Below, piece by piece: positions 58,504-64,000 of a stretch of DNA of 64,000 nt. This DNA comes from a virus, in the IMG/VR virus record IMGVR_UViG_3300043436_004687, positions 71,099 through 135,098 of that record. One strand, given 5' to 3'. The position numbers were made by a program, and so were the translations under genes. How positions within the stretch are numbered: position 1 is the stretch's first letter; each line of letters starts with the position of its first letter. Below the pieces are notes generated by a model. It had not been told where the DNA came from. It saw only the letters and a program-made list of their open reading frames with translations, and searched no databases.

Positions 58504-59910
58504 TTAATAATTATTATCTATATTTGAGGTTATTATGATTGGAATTATTTCACTTATTGCGGTTGAATTAAATTCATCACCTAAAATATTCTTATAAACT
58601 TTATTATTTACTACCCTATAATAAAGTTTGTCGCCCAACCCACCACTAAGAGTTAATTTACCATTATAAACTTTATTAGCGATTTCATAATTAACGATAA
58701 CTTCATCAATTATATTCGAAAAAGTTTTTGTGTTTGATAATTGTAAATTAAAATAACCATTATTTTTATTAGGATGTTTTTCAATGGTCCAATAGATTTC
58801 TAATTCTTTTTTGTTAACATTACCAACAAAAGTTGGATTTCCATTATAAACTATATTTACAACATCACCGAATTCTAAATTAACCTCTAATATAATTCGT
58901 TTATTGTTAGAAGTTGATAAATGATAATCTAACCCATTAGCCAAAACATTACCATTTAAAGACAATAAAAAATCATTACCCTTATTAGGTGTAACATCTA
59001 AATATATTTCATGTTTAGATGTTGTGGTGTTATAATAAAATTTATTCACACCCTGGTTATTAATTGAACCACTTAAAATTGATTTATTAATGGAAAACGA
59101 ATCTATTACTAAACCATTTTTACCACCCTTACCCACATAAAATAAAGTTACCACATCATTTTCTTGAGCTTGATTGAATAAATTAATTTGGTTATTATTA
59201 ACTATAGAAAAATCTAAATCTTGTGCTAAAACATTACCATTCAAGGTAACAATTGGGTTACCTATTAGACCGTTATCTAAAAAAAATGTTGTTTCACCAG
59301 AAGAAATAAAAGAAATTGAATTTAAAGAACCTATAGATTTTTGAGAATTAGGTGTTAAACTAAAATTAGGTGTGCTTGCCGAATAAATAACAGCAAAATA
59401 ATTATCAAATACATTATTATATAAATAAAATTCAGAGTCATTAGAAAATGATGAGGATTTATTAATATAACCCAATCTATTTAATATGTTAGTACAATTA
59501 GGGGTTAACCAATTAGGTTTAATTATAAATTCAGAATCTTCAATTATGTTTAAAGATGTAAACCCACTTAAAATATTAGTTGATTTAAATTCACTATACT
59601 GATAATCCTCAGATATAAAAAAATTAGGGTGATTAAAACTCAAATTATTATAATCAAATTTAAAAATACTATAATTAAAAATAGATTCATCTCTTAAATC
59701 ACTTAAATTTTGATTAAAATTAAAAATTAATGATAAATCAAAATTTGGTGAGTTTATAAAATAAACTGATTCATCACTTTCTGTCATCCCACTAATTAAT
59801 TTAGTTGCCCCACTAATTTCAAAATTAGGAATTTGGAAGGTGCAGATATCTGAGCTAATATTGTAATTAACATTTTCAATTTGATCATATATTATAGCTT
59901 GATTTCTCAT
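58504..59910 (-). CDS. putative virion structural / tail fiber-like protein
   Basis: 468 aa, Asn/Ser-rich with repeated 'LNGNVLA..LD' segments. Confidence 0.4.
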   Translation of the reverse strand: MRNQAIIYDQIENVNYNISSDICTFQIPNFEISGATKLISGMTESDESVYFINSPNFDLSLIFNFNQNLSDLRDESIFNYSIFKFDYNNLSFNHPNFFISEDYQYSEFKSTNILSGFTSLNIIEDSEFIIKPNWLTPNCTNILNRLGYINKSSSFSNDSEFYLYNNVFDNYFAVIYSASTPNFSLTPNSQKSIGSLNSISFISSGETTFFLDNGLIGNPIVTLNGNVLAQDLDFSIVNNNQINLFNQAQENDVVTLFYVGKGGKNGLVIDSFSINKSILSGSINNQGVNKFYYNTTTSKHEIYLDVTPNKGNDFLLSLNGNVLANGLDYHLSTSNNKRIILEVNLEFGDVVNIVYNGNPTFVGNVNKKELEIYWTIEKHPNKNNGYFNLQLSNTKTFSNIIDEVIVNYEIANKVYNGKLTLSGGLGDKLYYRVVNNKVYKNILGDEFNSTAISEIIPIIITSNIDNNY

Positions 59911-60128
59911 TAAAAACTTATATTTAATTTTATGATATTATTACTCAATGATTTCAAGCCAATAGGGTAAATAGTTTGATTTAAAATAATTGATCCAACC
60001 CCAATTTTTTTATTTTCTAAATGTATAAAAAAATTAGACGAATCTATTTTTGAATCAAGACCAAAAAAATGAATATCACTATTTAATGGTTTTTCTATTT
60101 TACTATTAACTTCTTTTAATAACCTCAT
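59910..60128 (-). CDS. hypothetical protein
   Basis: 72-aa ORF between structural genes. Confidence 0.3.
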   Translation of the reverse strand: MRLLKEVNSKIEKPLNSDIHFFGLDSKIDSSNFFIHLENKKIGVGSIILNQTIYPIGLKSLSNNIIKLNISF

Positions 60129-60130
60129 TA

Positions 60131-61975
60131 TTAAATATTATTTAAAATTATTTCATCATTAACAAAATTAGGGTCACCTAAAATCGTAATTTTACCTAAA
60201 AATTCAGACCCATCATCTATTTGATAGATATAAACCGAATTACATTTTTCAGTACTATTATCTATTTTTTTAGTTATTTCTATATTTTCATAACCTATTA
60301 TAGGATAACTAATTATTCGTTCACAACTAAATAAACTATATTTTTTATAAACGAATTTATTATTATCGAAAATTGTATTACCAAATTTATATGTTGAACC
60401 CCATAAAGTGGTTGATGGGATTAATTGTTCAACTAAATCAACCCAATTGTAATTAGTGTTAATTATATAATCAAATATTAAATCATAATTATAACCATTA
60501 CTTTGAATATTACAGTTATTTAAACTAGCTACATAACCATCAAACAATTTTCTTAATACTGGATAAACACTTATAGTTTTTCTTGATTTAACATCAATAA
60601 AATTAGAATTAATTATTTTATTGAAGTTTTCAACATTAATAAAATCTTTATAACCTAAGATGAAATCATCAAGTAAATGACGAGTACAAGAATTAGTATC
60701 AATATAATTCATTACATCAAATTCTATGGCTCTAGCCATATTTAAATTTAAGTTTATTTCTTTTGAATTTAAGGCTAATTTACTATTATTAATTTCATAA
60801 TTCGTTTCACTGTTTACTAAATCAAAAATTCTATTTTCATAAACTTCATTTACAACCCAACTTTTCTTATTATCAATAACCTTTTCTAATTTAAAATTAG
60901 GGCAATTATTTATTTCTAATGAATTAATTTCAACATAATTACATAATTTATCTATCTTTACATTATCTATTAACATAGATATTTCAATACCTATGTTGTC
61001 TAAATTAAACCCTATTTTTATTTCCTCATTTTTAATTAAATTAATTAAAGCTGGGTCAGTTATAGTTAAATTAAAATTATACCAATTTGAATTTAATGAA
61101 TCGGGATTTAAAACTAAATTATAAACATTTAACAATTGATTAGTTAAATTATTGATTAAGGAATTACAGTCACCAATAATTTTAATACCACTATTAGGTA
61201 ACTGCAACTTATCTAATAAATTTAAACCATTAAATAGAGTATTTGTATAAACAACATCCATTTTTTTTGGTGATTCGAAAATATAACCCAATGTAGTTTC
61301 ACTAAGTTCTCTATTTACCAATCTTTCTAAACTCATTGTTATTGAAATACCACTCAATGAATTAATTACATTATTAACACCATTTTGACTTATCAATTGA
61401 TTACAATTAACCTCAATTAGATAATCAAAATTAATATTTAATGTACATTCTTCCGAATTATTAACATCAAAAATACTACCCTCAGAACCATTTGTGTTTA
61501 AATACAATTTTGAGTTTAAATCAGAACAATCATCAACCCAAAAACACTTATTTAAATTTGGATTAAATCTAAACCCTAAATTGGAACAGCAAACACTACT
61601 CAAAGAAATATTAGTTGATCCATTATAAATAACACCATCATCTTTAAATACATAACTATCCATTAAATCACCATTCGTATCATTACAGACTGGTAAATCA
61701 TTAACTGAAAAATCAAAAATAAAAGAATAAATACCAGTATCATTTAATATTAATTGTATAGACAATTCTTTACTATTAATCAAAGTATATTGGTGATTAT
61801 TTAAATTTAAAATGTCAAAATTACTTTCGAAGATTAATTCATTACCCAATAATTTAAAACCAAAATCATATATTTTAGCATTATTCGTAAAATCCCAGGC
61901 ATTGAACCAAGACCCATTTATTAATTTATATAAATTAGTGTTTGAATCGAAAATAATATGTGAAGAAAAATTCAT
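60131..61975 (-). CDS. putative virion structural protein
   Basis: 614 aa, Asn/Ile/Leu-rich, Cys-containing. Confidence 0.4.
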   Translation of the reverse strand: MNFSSHIIFDSNTNLYKLINGSWFNAWDFTNNAKIYDFGFKLLGNELIFESNFDILNLNNHQYTLINSKELSIQLILNDTGIYSFIFDFSVNDLPVCNDTNGDLMDSYVFKDDGVIYNGSTNISLSSVCCSNLGFRFNPNLNKCFWVDDCSDLNSKLYLNTNGSEGSIFDVNNSEECTLNINFDYLIEVNCNQLISQNGVNNVINSLSGISITMSLERLVNRELSETTLGYIFESPKKMDVVYTNTLFNGLNLLDKLQLPNSGIKIIGDCNSLINNLTNQLLNVYNLVLNPDSLNSNWYNFNLTITDPALINLIKNEEIKIGFNLDNIGIEISMLIDNVKIDKLCNYVEINSLEINNCPNFKLEKVIDNKKSWVVNEVYENRIFDLVNSETNYEINNSKLALNSKEINLNLNMARAIEFDVMNYIDTNSCTRHLLDDFILGYKDFINVENFNKIINSNFIDVKSRKTISVYPVLRKLFDGYVASLNNCNIQSNGYNYDLIFDYIINTNYNWVDLVEQLIPSTTLWGSTYKFGNTIFDNNKFVYKKYSLFSCERIISYPIIGYENIEITKKIDNSTEKCNSVYIYQIDDGSEFLGKITILGDPNFVNDEIILNNI

Positions 61976-61980
61976 AAGTT

Positions 61981-63882
61981 TTAATATTTACATAAATAAT
62001 TACCATTAGCTTGTAATTCAGGAGTTGTACCAACTGGACAACACTCTTGGAATGGTATTTCTTTGGTGAATTCACCATTTGTATTAATAAAGATTTGATA
62101 TCCATTAGAAGATATTTCATGTAATAAGAAATCTTTACACAAATCTGAATTATTAACTTTCCACCTACAAACTGATGCACCATTAGTATCTAATTCACTA
62201 GTATAACCCAAAGCAATACAACAATCACTATTAAAATTGTAGGTTGTTGATTCATCATTTAAAGTAAATAAAACTAAACCACTATCCATCAATTCAATTG
62301 ATTTATAATTACAAGTTAAATTAATTGGTTTTGGTGAAAAATTTATTTTTAAAACCCCCTTACAACTTTCAATAATGCAACCACACTCATCATATAATGG
62401 TGTTTTATCGTACTCTACAATACTACTACTTACAATTGGGCAATTGTTAGTGGTTAAAATAGTTTGTTGCACTATAGGTGAATTATCATTCAAATCACAA
62501 AAAGTACCTAATTGATTATTTAAGAATAAATTAGTTTTCTTAAATAAAATATCTTCATTTATTAGGGTAGTTGCTGAAAAAGATGGTATTAAACAATTAA
62601 ATTGATTAATATATTCATTACCATAATCATATGGCCCTAAATGAGGGTTATTACCAGTTAATATATCTAATTTTGAGTTGACCCCACCAGTTTCTCTAAT
62701 CCACAACCCACCTTTCTGAAAATAAAGATCTGGATTGTTAGGGTTTATTCTTGGGAAACCATCGTCATCGACATTTATAGACTCATCTAAAACTAAATTT
62801 AAGTTTTCCAACAACCTATTAAATAAATTAATATCTAATTTATTTTTAGCGACATATATAAATTCATTAAACTCAACTAAACCATTAGGAAAACCAAATA
62901 ATTTTAAGATAAATTCAATTGATTTTCTATTACCTTTAGATTTCCAAATCCAAGGTGTATTAATTATTAATTTTTTATAAAATTCTATATTATTTTCACT
63001 ATTATCAATAAATGGTAAATTATTCCAACCTAATAAATGGGCTAAACTTTTTAATTCTCTATCAACAACATTATCATTACCATCATAAGTAACAGTATAA
63101 ACATTTGAAATACCATCAATAAAACTTTTGATTGAATCTAATTGCCTACCGTAAATATTTAATACTTTATTTATTTTTAAATCTAGCGTATCAAATTCTA
63201 AAATTGAATTTGATACTAACAATCTACTTATAATATTAGATTTAGTATCATCAGAATTTTCAGAAATTGTAATTAATTTATTTACAAAATCAATATAATA
63301 ATCTGAATTAAAATCAATATTGTACCCGTCACTTATAGGCCAAATTATTTCAATTGTAGATTTGATAAGATTCCCCTCTTCAGTTTCAACGAAATAGTCA
63401 AATTCAGATTTAAATTTAGGTGTTGTTTTATTGTTTAATAAATAGCTTTCAAAAACACTTAATTTTTTAAAAAAATTATCAACATTTACACTATTTGGTT
63501 TAATATGATAAACGGTTGTATTAGTTAAACCAGAAAAAGGTTGACCACTTACTTTAAGATTAACATACCCATTAACTTCACCTATAAAATCTATTATCTG
63601 ATATTCAATACCATCAACTGATAAAACATAATTAGAAAAGTTTTTATTTAAATTTCTAAGATCATTTAAAGGGTTTTTATTATTTAATGAACTCCCATTT
63701 AAATAACTAATATCTAAGTTAAAATTATTATTAATAACGTTAACATTTATCGAGAATGTTGATTCACCTTTCAATTCATTAACCACATAATTATGAAAAG
63801 TAATACCATTAAAACGTGGATTGTTTGGGTCTATCGGACTAATGAATAGTGATGCTGGCCAATTAATAATTATGTTTTCCAA
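61981..63882 (-). CDS. putative virion structural protein
   Basis: 633-aa Asn-rich protein with C-terminal Cys-rich segments. Confidence 0.4.
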   Translation of the reverse strand: MENIIINWPASLFISPIDPNNPRFNGITFHNYVVNELKGESTFSINVNVINNNFNLDISYLNGSSLNNKNPLNDLRNLNKNFSNYVLSVDGIEYQIIDFIGEVNGYVNLKVSGQPFSGLTNTTVYHIKPNSVNVDNFFKKLSVFESYLLNNKTTPKFKSEFDYFVETEEGNLIKSTIEIIWPISDGYNIDFNSDYYIDFVNKLITISENSDDTKSNIISRLLVSNSILEFDTLDLKINKVLNIYGRQLDSIKSFIDGISNVYTVTYDGNDNVVDRELKSLAHLLGWNNLPFIDNSENNIEFYKKLIINTPWIWKSKGNRKSIEFILKLFGFPNGLVEFNEFIYVAKNKLDINLFNRLLENLNLVLDESINVDDDGFPRINPNNPDLYFQKGGLWIRETGGVNSKLDILTGNNPHLGPYDYGNEYINQFNCLIPSFSATTLINEDILFKKTNLFLNNQLGTFCDLNDNSPIVQQTILTTNNCPIVSSSIVEYDKTPLYDECGCIIESCKGVLKINFSPKPINLTCNYKSIELMDSGLVLFTLNDESTTYNFNSDCCIALGYTSELDTNGASVCRWKVNNSDLCKDFLLHEISSNGYQIFINTNGEFTKEIPFQECCPVGTTPELQANGNYLCKY

Positions 63883-64000
63883 ACTAACCCTAACAAACTC
63901 TTTTAAAGAACCAAAATAAGCGTAATTTTTTAACTCTTTCTTATTAAAATTAATTTTTACTTCTTCTAATTCTTTTAAAATATTAGAAGCAATTGTTTTA

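Noticed and set aside
61935-62183. ORF 61935..62183 (82 aa) and 61812..62009 at the junction of two large structural genes
   Set aside because: They overlap the ends of the 614-aa and 633-aa genes in other frames and are unlikely to be real.
1-64000. Initial impression of a eukaryotic giant-virus (Mimiviridae-like) fragment with Fanzor proteins, based on AT-richness, IS607 TnpA+TnpB, Thg1 and a CCA enzyme
   Set aside because: A sigma-70 family factor, a bacterial-type tRNA-His with encoded G-1, classic rho-independent terminators, a DnaG/T4-type primase, SbcCD, RuvC and a Bacteroidetes-type TAnnTTTG promoter motif all point to a bacteriophage of a Bacteroidetes host. The TnpB copies are therefore called TnpB-like, not Fanzor.
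1-64000. CRISPR arrays or other spaced direct-repeat arrays
   Set aside because: No repeat-spacer periodicity was seen anywhere. The only recurrent short motifs are the promoter element and the terminator palindromes.

Overview
The window is about 64 kb of AT-rich (estimated 27-30% GC), densely packed DNA, with nearly every gene on the minus strand. The content points to a large virulent dsDNA bacteriophage (jumbo-phage-like) rather than a eukaryotic giant virus. It has a sigma-70 family factor, a DnaG/T4 gp61-type primase, an SbcCD (T4 gp46/47-like) recombination nuclease, a RuvC-type resolvase, a DnaJ, GIY-YIG and PD-(D/E)xK homing endonucleases, classic 'AAAAAATCC...GGATTTTT' rho-independent terminators, and large Asn/Ser-rich late structural proteins from 55 to 64 kb. 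A recurring 'TATATTTGCAA' motif sits just upstream of many start codons. It matches the Bacteroidetes -7 promoter element TAnnTTTG, which suggests a Bacteroidetes (Flavobacterium-like) host.

The main points are:
- **tRNA cluster:** six minus-strand tRNAs at 19.6-21.0 kb: Asn-GTT, Ser-GCT, Arg-TCT, Ser-TGA, Trp-CCA and His-GTG, the last with an encoded G-1.
- **tRNA/RNA repair toolkit:** a T4 Pnk-like kinase fused to a 2H cyclic phosphodiesterase, a Thg1-like 3'-5' polymerase, a CCA-adding enzyme, an ATP-dependent ligase, a second 2H protein, an HD hydrolase and a NUDIX hydrolase.
- **Fractured SbcC gene:** the Rad50-like gene is split at its Walker A loop by an atypically split intein (about 28-aa IntN, about 125-aa IntC). 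A free-standing homing endonuclease gene sits between the halves. The partner sbcD gene is also split by a second homing endonuclease gene.
- **TnpB-family genes:** four are present. One is a canonical IS607 tnpA+tnpB pair. Three are solo TnpB-like genes that keep the RuvC D/E/D residues but have lost the zinc finger. Two of these are paralogs bracketing a cargo of SLOG, NADAR and CCA-enzyme genes.
- **Methyltransferase pseudogene:** an N6-adenine MTase is broken by an in-frame stop inside a GC-rich 25-nt perfect palindrome.
- **Non-coding island:** a 330-nt GC-rich region upstream of the primase carries GGTGTT direct repeats.
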